A DNA stretch of 64,000 nucleotides from assembly GCA_030264375.1 (NCBI GenBank), contig JASCQW010000001.1:93219771-93283770 (forward strand). Direction: 5' to 3'. Shown piece after piece: positions 52,086 to 64,000 of the stretch. The notes under the pieces are model-generated. The model had not been told where the DNA came from and searched no databases. It saw nothing but the letters and a program-made list of their open reading frames with translations. The stretch is from Carcharhinus longimanus (Eukaryota). Each line of letters starts with the position of its first letter. Within the stretch, counting starts at the first letter, position 1. The translations under genes were made by a program, and so were the position numbers.

Positions 52086-53299
52086 CTTTTATGAAGATTA
52101 ACAACAAAAAAAGGAAAAAAAAATTAAACAAAAAAAGTATTGATTCTGTCAGAAGAATATCCAGAAGCGCAAAGAGCTCTTCAAAGGAAGAGGTAGAGTA
52201 GCTAATGGTTCCAATTGTTAGTTGCAGCTGTAATGCATTTACTGGGACCCTGATACATTAAGAATTTACAATGTGTGACTTAGCATTCAATACAGTGACT
52301 GCTAGCCCTGCATCAAATTCAAAACTGCTTATTACCTGAGTGGATGAGATATGGTAGAGCTGCAATGCTTCCTACTGAATTATTTAAGGCAGACTGGAGC
52401 TGTGAAGGCGTACATTGCTTTCATTACCAGAGATGTAATAGCTGCATTATTCATGTATAACTTGTATTATTAACTATGGAAATAATTTTTGAAAATAGAA
52501 ATTATAAGCAACATTATGAAGCAAGTGGTTACCTGGGGAAGGGGTAGTTTAAAATTATGAAGTGGAGAAAACACAAACAATAGCTATTGAGGTTTATGTG
52601 ACTAGTAAAATAGATAGGCTTTTCTGTAGTTGCATTGAGGGATCCAGACTGCCTCCTTTGTGCTAGGGAAAGGACATCAAAATGTAGGTGCAAAAGGTTC
52701 TGGAAAGACAGCGTGACCAGCGAAAAGTTCCAGTTCAAGTAGGAACCATTGGCATAGGCAATGGCAGGATGGAGATTTGCAAAGAGAGCTAAAGAGGTTA
52801 GGGGATGTTTTAACAGGCAGTATGTTAAATATAATAATAAAATGATTAAAGCATGAATTTGATCAGATTAAAACATAAAGACATAACAGTTGGTGTAAAA
52901 GGGAGGGATGAACATTTCTGAGACTTTGATGTCAAATCTCATTGCAGAGGCAAGCTGTACAAATGGGACAAGCTTCACCTAAACTATGTTCTCAGAGACG
53001 TCAAATGGAGAACTCAGGGATGATCTAAGCCAGTGACTCTCTCAAAAGAGCAACTTACCCAGCCTCTCCCAGCCCTCCTAATTCCCGTACATTTATCATG
53101 GCTAATATAATCCACCTAACCTACATATCTTGGATACTAAGGGACAATTTAGCATGGCCAATCCACCTAACTTGCACATCTGTGGACTGAAATGTAGGGA
53201 AATGTTGAGGTTCTAAATATTGAAATAACAGATTTAACAACCACAATAACAATACAACAACTTAAATAAAGTGTGCCAAAGGGCTGAACGAGAACAATA

Positions 53300-54830
53300 C
53301 TAATAAGAAACAGTGAGCCATATAAGGCCATTCAGCCTATTGTGTCTACACTGAATGAGCCATTCTCCTGCTTTTTCCCTGTCACCATGCACATTTTCCT
53401 TTCCAGATAACAATCCAATTCCTTTTTGCATGCCTTGATTGAACCTGCCTGCACCACACTCTCTGGGGGTGCATTTCAAGTCTGAACCACTCATTGCATG
53501 AAAAAGTACCATCATATCACTTTTGATTTTTGCAAATTATGTCAAATCTGTGCTCCCTCATTCTTGATCCTTTCACGAATAAGAACAGCTTCTTCCTGTC
53601 TACTCTGCCTAGATCCCTTATGATTGTCATCACCGCTATCAGAAATTACCTCAGGATTCTTGTCTCTAAGGGAAACAGTTCCAACTTTGCCAGTCTGCTT
53701 TCTTAACTGAAGTTCCTCATCCCTGGAACCATTCTCATGAATCTTTTCTGCACTCTCTCCAATGACTTCACATTATTCCTAAGGTGTGGTGCTACTAATC
53801 ACAATATTTTAGCTGAGGCTGAACTAGTGCCTGATACAATTATAACGTAACATAATTGATTTTGTACACAATGCTCCTATCAATAAAGCTTAGGTTACGG
53901 TATACTTTATCAACTGCTCTCTTAACATGTCCTGGCAACCTCAATGATTAATGCAAATATACACCCAGGTTCCTCTGCTCCTACATCCCCATCATAATTG
54001 TACCCTTTATGTTATATTGTCTCTTCATGATTTTCATATTTTGCTGCTTTGAATGTCATCTGTATCTGCCTGCCCATTCCACTCCCTTGTCTATATCCTT
54101 TTGAAGTCCTACACTATCCTCCTCACAATTCACAATCTTACAAGTTTCATATCACCCGCAATTTCACATCATCCTCAATCGAGCCCTGTACCCCAAGATC
54201 TAGATCATCAATATATCAGGAAAATCAAGGGTCACAACACCTGGGGAACTTCACTACAAACCATCCTCCAGATCAAAATACAACCATTGACAACTATTCT
54301 CCGCTTGGTCACTCAGCCAATTTGATACCCATATTGCTGCTGTCTTTTTTATTCCATGTTTCATTCTAATTTTATTCACAAGCCTACTTGAAGCACTGTA
54401 TCAAATGCATTTTGGAAGTCCATGTACACCACATCAACAGCATTGCCTCAATCAATCCTCCCTAATACCTCTGCAAAAAAACTCCAGTGAATTAAACATG
54501 ATTTTCCCTTAAGAAATCCACTCTGCCTATCCTTAATTAACCTACATTTGTCCATATATCAATTAATTTTGCCCTGAGTTACTGTTTCTAGAAGTTTCCC
54601 CACCTCCAAAAGTAAACTGACTGGCTTGATAGTCATTGGGCTTATCTTTACACCATTTTTTTGAACAAGGGTGTAACATTTGCAATTCCTCAGCCCTCTA
54701 GCATCACCCATGAAGCTATGGAAGACTGAAGTATTATGGCCAGCGCCTTCATAATTTCCACTCTCACTTCCCTCAGTATTCTTGGATGAGTCTCATCTGG
54801 TCTTGATGCCTTACCAGCTTCAAGTACAGA
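53300..54830 (-). mobile_element. About 1.5-kb decayed CR1 LINE (RT region to 3' UTR)
   Basis: Minus-strand remnants KASRPDETHPRILREVRVEI (cf. KSPGPDGIHPRVLKE) and VDVVYMDFQNAFD; CR1 3' UTR at about 53300-53350. Confidence 0.85.
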
Positions 54831-55053
54831 CAGACAGGAGAAAAATAGTTCACAGGACCAAGGCAATTGAAAACATGCCAATGTTCAAACAATTAAAATT
54901 CCCACCAGGACACAGTGCATATCTCAGACAAAACCAAGAAACAGGGGAGAAAATCATGTACTTTTTTAAACTGTAAAAGTATTGTAATTTATTTCATGCA
55001 TTATTTTTACATTCCCACAAGATAGAAGCTTCCCATTCAGTCGGAATACATAC

Positions 55054-55197
55054 AAAGTCTGGATGGCACGCAGAGGAGCAAAAGTGCCTTTGGCAATGGT
55101 CTGTAGCTTGTTGTCATAAAGAGAGAGAAGGTTTAAATTATGGAGGTCCTGAAAAGCATCCACTCGCAGGCAGTTAATCTTATTGGCATTCAGCAAC
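55054..55197 (-). CDS. SLIT2: SLIT2 exon 13 (144 nt, LRR D2): [47 protein letters not shown](L)
   Basis: acag|G TTG CTG AAT...CAG ACT TT|gtatgt; phase 2-2. Confidence 0.97.
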
Positions 55198-57472
55198 CTG
55201 TCAAACAAAAAAATGAACATTGCATAAAATACATAAACACCTTCTGCATAAAATGTGAACAATTCGAATCAGAACAACATTCACAACACCTGTTTCCAAC
55301 AGATTTCAAACAGCTGGAAGGGAAAGTCATTCTTTCACATGTGTAAGTGTTTTATGATACAATTTAACTTTTATTTCCTGTTATTTCGATGTCTTAATGT
55401 TTGCATTCTTAAACCCTGACTTTGTTCCACCTTAATTTTTTTTAATGTCTTTACGTGTAAGCTGTCAGCATCAATGAACTGTTATGGGTGATATTTAGGA
55501 TCAGTAAAAGGTGGTCGGATAACAAACTCATTAATCACTCAAGGGTGGATTTCAACCATGCAATAGCAAAAGTCACAAGATAGTGAATCAGCTGCCTATA
55601 GTATATCTTTCCTGTTGATTCAATGGAAATAAGAAACCGTCTGTCAACTTGTTATCACCCTTCTAACACTTTCGAATAAAGTCAAATTGACCTTCAACAA
55701 GTGTTCACTTTCTAGAGTGTGTCACATTAAAATAAATAACACTTTGAGTTAACTTCAAACTAATCCGACATCAGGAAACTGACAAGAACAAATGGATTGC
55801 TGGTTTCCACTGACTTCAATAGATAGTAAGGTCAGATCGGATGCAAGACTGGCATTGTATCCAACCTCATCAGCTTCCTGATGGGCCTTTGCAACAAAAG
55901 ACTTGATCTGAATTGATTCCTTCTCTATGATCATTGACACTGTAGCTTTATGCCTGGCCAACAGGTTATGGTTCATGTTCTCACACAGAAAAGCACAATC
56001 AAAACCTACTCTAAGCACCTTTCAAAAATCATGCAAACTTTATCAAGGAAAAGCAAGTGTCAGGCTCAGTGTTTCAATCTATGTTGCTGTTTTGGGGCTA
56101 GCTTCGATGGTCCTTCCTGGCACTTTTCCAGTCTCCTGATCCAAATCGTACAAAAGCAAATATATCATTATAGACTCAGGAACAATACAACTTATACAGA
56201 GAGCTGTGCCTCTTGAACAGTTATTTTTAAAAATAAGTCCATTGGAGATTTCAAGGGAGAATCTGAAGCATAAACGTAAAAGGTGCAGATAAACTCCTCT
56301 GATTTTTCACACTGACATAAATTGTGGCAATATTCTGCTTCCTCTTTTATTCTCTTCACATTGTATAGGAGCCCCTAAGCTGCTTACGCAGATAAAACCA
56401 ATTAAAGCTCAACATTCATTCATTCTTAGGCTAATCCCAAACAATATTTTCAATAATCAAAGTTTAATTAATGCAACATGTAAAGGTTAATACAAGACTA
56501 AAGTATGCAAATTACCAATTACATGAATTCTATTTATTCACATATTGCTTCTTCCTATAATATTCCAAGGCTGACAGTTTTTTCAGAATTCTAGCGCACA
56601 AAATCTCAGTGCAAAATTCCAATTGATCACCAAAAGATTCTATGCAAAGGACTGGGTATATTTTGCTGTTCCCACCTCTGGTGTTTTTTGAATGAGGCTG
56701 CTACAGGGAGTGGTGACATCTAACTGATCACCAGAGGTGGGTAACCAATGATGCCTATTAAAGTCACTCTCTGGATGCTGTGTAGAATTTTCCAGATGGT
56801 AGGTGGGCCCTCCTCAGTAAGGCTGAATCCTGGCCGATGGATGGAGGTGGTTCTCTAGGCTGGTGGTCCAGCGAATTCTCTGTTAAATCCAACCCATTCA
56901 CCTACTTCCCTCCATCCCCCAACTATGAATGAGAGAGGGGCAGAGCTGAGACCATGAGCCATCCTGTAGAGGGATCTCTCCTTCATAATGACGATCTGGC
57001 AACTATGGTCATTGTTAATTTTTAAATATTACAAATGTCTTCAGAGGGCACCCCCAGCTTGAGGTGCTCTCTTGTTCCTCAACCTTCATCAGCAGGGACC
57101 ACTTCTGATGTTGGGGCTGCTGATCTTCCAGAGCTGACAGCTTCATATTAATCCTCCTGACTTAGGAGCCCAGCCGCTGTCCTGAATAAATGACGAGGGC
57201 ACCTGAAGCGACACTTTTTTGGCCACCTCCTCCAATCTCTCCCTTTGGGTCTCCAAACTGTAGATTCCTGGCTCACATTTCATCCAGACAGCATGTTTAG
57301 GACCTGGGAATGAATATCCAACCCACCATCTTTGAAAACATATTGTATCCAGAAAGATTTAGAAATCAGACATTTCCTAACACATGTCGGTGGGAGTCTA
57401 ATTTGCTTCATTTTTGCCCCATTCTGTGTGAGAACTAAGATTGCTATCCACAGAATGCAAATGAAAAACTTT

Positions 57473-57611
57473 CGTAAGAAGTCTCACAACACCAGGTTAA
57501 AGTCCAACAGGTTTATTTGGTATCATGAGCTTTCAGAGTGCTGCTCTTTCATCAGGTGGCTCCTGATCAAGGAACAGCACTCCGAAAGCTCGTGATACCA
57601 GATAAACCTGT
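57473..57611. mobile_element. Penelope terminal-repeat palindrome with hammerhead-like cores, truncated by a gap
   Basis: Arms 57507-57556 and 57562-57611; minus strand reads ccacCTGATGAaagagcagcactctGAAAgctc. Confidence 0.75.
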
Positions 57612-57885
57612 NNNNNNNNNNNNNNNNNNNNNNNNNNNNNNNNNNNNNNNNNNNNNNNNNNNNNNNNNNNNNNNNNNNNNNNNNNNNNNNNNNNNNNNNN
57701 NNNNNNNNNNNNNNNNNNNNNNNNNNNNNNNNNNNNNNNNNNNNNNNNNNNNNNNNNNNNNNNNNNNNNNNNNNNNNNNNNNNNNNNNNNNNNNNNNNNN
57801 NNNNNNNNNNNNNNNNNNNNNNNNNNNNNNNNNNNNNNNNNNNNNNNNNNNNNNNNNNNNNNNNNNNNNNNNNNNNNNNNNNNNN

Positions 57886-57960
57886 TTGAATGGCGGGGCA
57901 GGCTCGAAGGGCTAGATGGCCTACTCCTGCTCCTATTTCTTATGTTCTTATGTTCTTATG
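57886..57960 (+). mobile_element. CR1 3' tail
   Basis: gaatggcggggcaggctcgaaggggctagatggcctactcctgctcct followed by (tatgttct)n. Confidence 0.8.
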
Positions 57961-60900
57961 GTATTGAGTGTGCTCAGGCTCTACCTCAGAAACAAAAACA
58001 AAACAGCAGAATCTGCTTGCAAGACCAGTCAACTCAAGGCTGACACATTCTTCTGTGGCGGGAAGGTTTGTTCAGCACGTCTTCGAAGGTAAAGATCCTA
58101 CTAGTATAACAACAACACCACATAAATTTCTTCACAACAAATCCTTGGTACACAACTCCTGAGGCAATTACAATGATCAGCTCAAGTGCTGCATTGTTTG
58201 AGAGGTGTTTTGTCGGTGTGACAGTCCATTGGGCCCTAAATTTCACTCATATGGTGAACAGGCAAAGTTGTGAAAATTCTTGGCTTGGCACATCAGCCTA
58301 TAGAGAAACAGTCCCAAATGGCTGGATTTTCATTTTAGGGAGAACGACTGTGTGCTGGAGGCAGGCCTGCTGCCCCTAAAAACAGTGCCAGCTGTTAAAC
58401 AACCTGTCTCAGTGCTCTGTCCCAGTTGTAATAAAAGTAGTTAGGTCATCTGGCTCTCACCCATTTCCCATGCCCCATCCATACCAATTCATGGTCCTTT
58501 ACCCACCCATGGCACCTCATACCCTCTTTGCCAATAATTTGCCCTTTATACACTTTCCCATGACCCCTTCACCCTTCTTGCCAACATATGCCCTTCTGCC
58601 TATCTTTCATTCTAATCTACATTCCTCTACCTAACCTCTCGGCCCTTTAATAATCCCAATGCCAACAAAGTGCCAATTTATGCCAAAACACCCCCATCAA
58701 CCTACCCTTTGCCCTTACATCCTCCTTGCCAACTTCCCCAGTATTCACCATGAGCAGAAATTAGGAGCCATGCTGAGATGGAACAAAGTTCTCAGTATCT
58801 ATTACAGATTTAATTATATTAAAAAACACTCATTGATAAAAGCTCATTCACACATTTAAATACCTTCGAATGCTTAATCCCTTAGAAAATCAAGGCTGGA
58901 ATTCTCTGGCTGTTCTCCCTGGCAATGGCAACAAGGCGTGAACAGAAAATGTGGCGCTCATCCAACTCTCCATCCACTGCAGGAGAACCAGAGAATTCCT
59001 GCTGCAGGTGAGGTAGGAGGATCTGGCCCCCAGTGTTTGTATTCAAAGCCCCACAGGCATCTAATCACTGACAATCGCTTGGAGTTATTAATTAAACTGT
59101 GAATTTATAGCCCCCACTGTGATAATAATAGGTTGTGGAAGCAAACAAGCAGAATTAATATCATAATGATGGCCCTCAGGTGAATATAAACTCCTATTAA
59201 AATGGCAAGAACCATTTGTTTTTCAGTTCAGAGACATAGAATGCCAGTTTCTTGTTCAAAATTTATAGAGCAGGTGATTTAAATAACTTAGCAACTTGAC
59301 AGTTCCACACACTTTATCCACCCTTTCGTGCACATTCATGTCTACTCTTAACATTTTTTTTTAAGTCATACAAAATCAAACAGATCTCGCCGCAACAAAA
59401 GTAAGGTCCATTTGAATTCTGCACTGAGTTCAAACTGCCTTGTTGGGTTTGGGTTTCTCATGTGTGTGAATGATATCCCACTCACTTCACACTACTGATA
59501 AAAATAGGATCCATCAGAAATGGGTGTGGGACTTTGTGATGTAAGGTAAGACTCCATTAAGGCATGGAGTCTCCCCAACTCTTTAAAAAAGTCAAGCCTT
59601 GGTTTTATAGTATTTTTAGACATTAGAACCTGGATTTTTGCAATGCTAGGGAGCCTCACAGTCATTGTAAAATTGGCAGAAGAGATCAATGTCTGAAATC
59701 TCACCCCCAAGCATGACATTTATCATTTCTGCAGGCAGGAATGGGAGTGGGTTGTGTTTAATGCATGTGCATTTTACAGAGGCAACTGCACATAAAAATC
59801 AGAAGCTGTCTCCGCTCATGTCTGAATTTTGTGACTTAGATATGTTAGAAGCAGGTCTGAATTTGGCCGAGGTGGAGTACCCATTTGGAGAGGTCGGGTT
59901 GCCTTTTGGATATGGTACCAGGACATTTTTAGGAGAGGAAAGCTGCCTTTTTGGAGAAGTAAAATGACCTTCGGGAGAGGTACATTAACCTTTGGGATTG
60001 TTAAAAGTGGATGTGAGCATTTGTAACAAAAGTAGATAAATGCATGGGAAAAATCACAAGATCTATCAAGCCAAACTACTTAAAGTGTCTAAAGCAATTT
60101 TCAAGCTGACAAGTCATTTAAAAAAAAAACCTGCCCTTTAAATCTTTGGAAAAACTGTGAGGAGCATTAATAATAATCACTGCTTGTTATTCACTCTGTT
60201 GAGATAATCTTGAGGGATGCCATTATCGGATTTATACTGCATAACTGATTTCACAGCCTTTCATTATAACATTGGGGTGCCTTCCATTTCAGTTTGAGTT
60301 GCAGCTCCAAATGGTTATAAAATCTTAAAAGAGGACTGATTCTCAATGCTTGCTTTTCTACAGGATTAAGGACTTGAATGAAATGTTTTCCATTATAAGG
60401 GATGATGTAGCTGAAGGAATGTGAATGGATTTTTATGAATGAGTGTTTTTTTTAAATCAAGTCTGCAATAGACATTGGAACTACTTTATTTTATTTCAGC
60501 AAGGCTCCTGAGGACTACCCATGATGAATATTGGAAGAGTTGGCATGGTAGGTGTAAGAGCAAAGAATGATGGGTGGGGGCATAGCTTGGCAAGAATTGG
60601 TTATAAATTGGGTGGAAAGCATATATTGGCATGGAAGTAATGAGAGGCCTTGGGGGTGGATAGAGAAAATTAGTTGGCATGGATGGGGCAGGAGACTGTG
60701 GGACATGAGGGGATGTAAGAAGTGAGAGAAGGGGGGGCTGCTTTTTCTTTTAATGTTTTGAAAAGCTTTCACAAATTGTTGGTACAATGAGCGGACTTTC
60801 TGAGCAGTCTGCCTCCACACCTGGCAGCATTCTAGGGGAATTTCACAGTAGCTTCATTGCAGTGTTAAAATAAGACGTACTTGTGACTAATAAATAAACT

Positions 60901-61831
60901 TTGCTTTACTTTGTTCTCATTCATTCCAGGGTCACCTGTCCTGACTCCCAGTGAACCCAGTCACCCTGGAATGAAACTCCTAACTTCTGGGCACTTTCAC
61001 CCAGGTTGGATTTGTGGAGCTAGATTAAGTATTCCTGAGCTGTTAATGAAAATTCTGTTCTTCACATCCCATATTAATGCTAAGTGGTTAGGTTTTGAAT
61101 ACATTAAAACTTCAACCTAGATAGCACAAGTCACTTTTGTTAGCCCACAATCTGGGTCCAAAATGCATCAATCAAATTTAATCATTAAGTTCACTATATT
61201 CATTCTGAAGCTACTTTCAATAAGCAGATCTTTCAGAACATTTCATACTCAACATTTCCCAACTATTTTCTATCTCCAACATCCTTCCCATTGCCAAGCC
61301 ATTTCTATGAGATCTCCTTCACAAGGTAAAAGAAACAACTTATGCTGCACCACTGCTCCCTTACTGTCATCAATACCTTTCATTTTTAACTGACATTGGG
61401 GTTTTCCCTTCCTGCCCGCCACAGGAATCGTAGCAGGCAGGACATGGACATTGCAAAGTTCTATTGACCACGGGCTGGATTTTCTGACCTTGGGGTGAGT
61501 GCAGCCAGAAAAATCCCACCCAGTGTATCTGCAGGAGATTGGGTCACCTCTTTTCGGAGTCCTCTTTTTAATCAAGATGCTCCCCACTTTGGATGGGTCA
61601 AGGGCTGGTTCTAGTTCATACAATGTAGCTCCGCAAATTGAGTCCAGCAGCATTTGCCTGAGGTCTTGGCCAACTTCCAAGTAAAATATTAATTGAGTTG
61701 AAGATTCTTAGCTGCGCTGCTAGATTGTGCGGCAGAATACGCAAAAGCATTCCACCTCAGTGTGGTATGGTCATCAGCCCACCCTGTTACAAGCCCAGCA
61801 TACTACTGGCTAATCACTGCACTCATAGTGT

Positions 61832-62012
61832 CATGATGTGGGTATGCCGGCGTTGGACTGGCGTAAACACAGTAAAAAGTCTGACAACACCAGGTTTTAG
61901 TCCAACCTATTTATTTGATAATATACTCACAAGCTTTCGAGGGGACTGCCTCTTCGTCCATTCACCTGATGAAGAGGCAGTCCCCTCGAAAGCTTGTGAG
62001 TATATTATAAAA
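61832..62012 (-). mobile_element. Penelope terminal repeat with short 5' inversion
   Basis: PLE end (atgtgggtatgccggcgttggactgg...gtccaacctatttatttg on + strand) plus a perfect 38-bp inverted repeat. Confidence 0.8.
61962..61999 (+). ncRNA. Minimal PLE-type hammerhead ribozyme motif
   Basis: UCAC-CUGAUGA-A-GAGG(cagucc)CCUC-GAAA-GC-UU-GUGA: stem I UCAC/GUGA, stem II GAGG/CCUC, intact core, palindromic AAGCUU in place of stem III. Activity untested. Confidence 0.6.
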
Positions 62013-63809
62013 TCATAGTGTCAACCAGGACTTGAAATGATCCAACTTCCCTGCTGGAGATGGTAATATATGAATGAAACTGAAAGGGAAAAAAACAGCT
62101 CTGAACAGGCAATACCATCGCAATCATGACTTTCCATACTCACACACTATATACCATCAAATCAAGATGCTAACATTATCCCTTTTTAACCAACCGGATG
62201 AACAGTATTTTCTGAACTCAACACCCTTTGCAAGCTGAGTGTCCAGCGATTCTCAAACAATATTACATAAGAATGCTGCTACTTTTTCAAGTAGCAAAAA
62301 TTCATATGTTTTTTCATCAGCTGGCTCTGGCACTGTTGCATCTCATTCTTGCTGCTTGCTTTGACAGTGCGTGATAAACATATCAAGTTCTTTCACACAT
62401 TGTGGAGCCAAAACTAAGACATCCAGTGCTGCTGGGGTCAACAAGTATGACAGCTCCCACAAAAGAATCACCGGCGGAGACTGAGAAACTAGATTCCACA
62501 AATTCTTCACGCTTGCTTTGTGCGTACTGTACAAACTCACTGGAAATAAAAGTGCTCTGACCCCGAACCAACATTCTCTGCATGAATCATCCATTATTTC
62601 GCAACAATCTGGAGCAAACCTTAAGGATTGCATTTCCAGTAATCCAATTTCCAAGCCTGAATTTCCCCCTTGTGTTTGATCTTTATTTTACTTACTCGGC
62701 AGCTAACAGGCCTGATCAAAATTCCTCGATTTCTAATGAAACGTCACTTAAACATAACGTTAACATGAACTACAGGGTGAAATTTTATTGCCCCTTCAAC
62801 CGGCGTGATTTTCCAACCCTGCTGAAGTCAAGGATTTTTGAATGGCTCATGACATTTCCCTGGCCCCACCACGATTGGGCCATAAAATTCCACCCACTGT
62901 TTCTAAAAATTAGATCGATGAGAGGCCAAAGTGAAAACTTCAACAGATTTGTACCTTGAAGGAACAAGCAAAGGGAATACAATTTTAACTCAGCAAATGT
63001 AATGTACATGGCCCATGTGGCTGCAAAATGCCATTTTAACTTTCGATTGTCATTCCAATGTTTCAAGCCAGACTCCTGCATGAGCCCAGAGGAATCAGTT
63101 ACCTGGTTTTAGGTGGGAATAAGATTTGGTGCAATGGGATAGAATAATGTCTGGTATTTATCAGAGGGGATCTGGATGCCATCCTGGGTGGTTGAAGGGA
63201 AGGGCGGCCCATTGCAGCGGAGGTGCCACTGTGTGGGGGAACTGGAGGAGAAATACTGCTCAACTTACCCCAGAAGGAAATAAGTAAAGGGCAAAATATT
63301 TTCATAAACATTTCTGGGCTTTTTCCAAACCTACCCTAGCTTGGTGCCAGCATAACTCATGTAATCCTGAGTTAAATAGCATTACTATTCTAAGCATTTC
63401 ATAGGACCCTGACCTTTGCATAGTTGCTGCCCTTACTCGCCTGTAGCTAAGCAGTTTTGCCACCTCTCAAAATCCAGGAATGATACTGTCAGCAGGCAGG
63501 AGTGTAGGATAAGCGGACAGCCCAGACTTTACTTCCCACCAACACCACCACCTGCTAACGCAATTTTTGTCAAGCAAGAGGGGTTAAAATTGGAGCTTTT
63601 GCTTTGGGTTTTGTCTATCTCTTTGTCAGGTCACAGTGAAGATGCACCTAACGCATAAACAATCCTAACTGCAGCTTCATGCCTTGGTGGTAAAACTCAG
63701 CCATTTAGAATTTGGAGATGGCAGGAATTCATTTCCTACAAGACTAGTTTCACCTAGTTTCATAATCAGCAACTGTAAGAAAAAAATTACGTTTTTAATA
63801 ATTACAATC

Positions 63810-64000
63810 TCAGAATCACAGAATTTACATTGCAGAAGGAGGCCATTCAGCCCATTGTGTCAACACCAGCTCTTCACATAATGACTCAATGCTGTTCTCT
63901 CACCTTCCCCTCGTAACCCTGCACATTCTTCCTATTCTGAAAAGTCTAATTCCCTATTGAATGCTTCCATTGAGCCTGCCTCTGCCACCCTCTCAGGCAG
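63810..64000 (-). mobile_element. CR1 LINE 3' end (runs off the window)
   Basis: cagaatcacagaat tail and gcagaaggaggccattcagcccatt stem-loop on the + strand. Confidence 0.75.

Larger units (their letters stand above)
1..64000 (-). other. SLIT2: SLIT2 gene body (partial, intron 12 to intron 28); both gene ends lie outside the window
   Basis: 16 spliced exons join into one open frame closely matching vertebrate SLIT2. The intronic mir-218-1-type hairpin favours SLIT2 over SLIT1 (no mir-218) and SLIT3 (mir-218-2). Confidence 0.96.

Overview
Vertebrate genomic DNA from a draft assembly with nine N-gaps, most likely a shark: it carries HE1-type V-SINEs, Deu-domain SINEs, and CR1 and Penelope repeats typical of elasmobranchs. 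The whole window lies inside SLIT2 on the minus strand. I read 16 canonical coding exons (equivalent to human exons 13-28, LRR domain 2 to EGF2), all with GT-AG sites and matching phases, including the 24-nt AKEQYFIP cassette exon 15. An intact mir-218-1 hairpin sits in intron 15. The introns hold CR1/L2 fragments, SINEs, Penelope-like element (PLE) remnants, MITE-like elements and two minisatellites. Almost all ORFs in the supplied track are spurious. There is no prokaryote-type system. The best leads are: (1) an 18-nt in-frame microexon (GIHHFG plus a new Cys), absent from canonical human SLIT2, just upstream of mir-218-1; (2) a 48-nt in-frame cassette-exon candidate in EGF2 with RBFOX motifs nearby; (3) several PLE-derived palindromes, some carrying minimal hammerhead-ribozyme cores, that should fold into long hairpins in the pre-mRNA. 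Comparisons to human sequences and repeat families are from memory, not database searches, and repeat boundaries are approximate.
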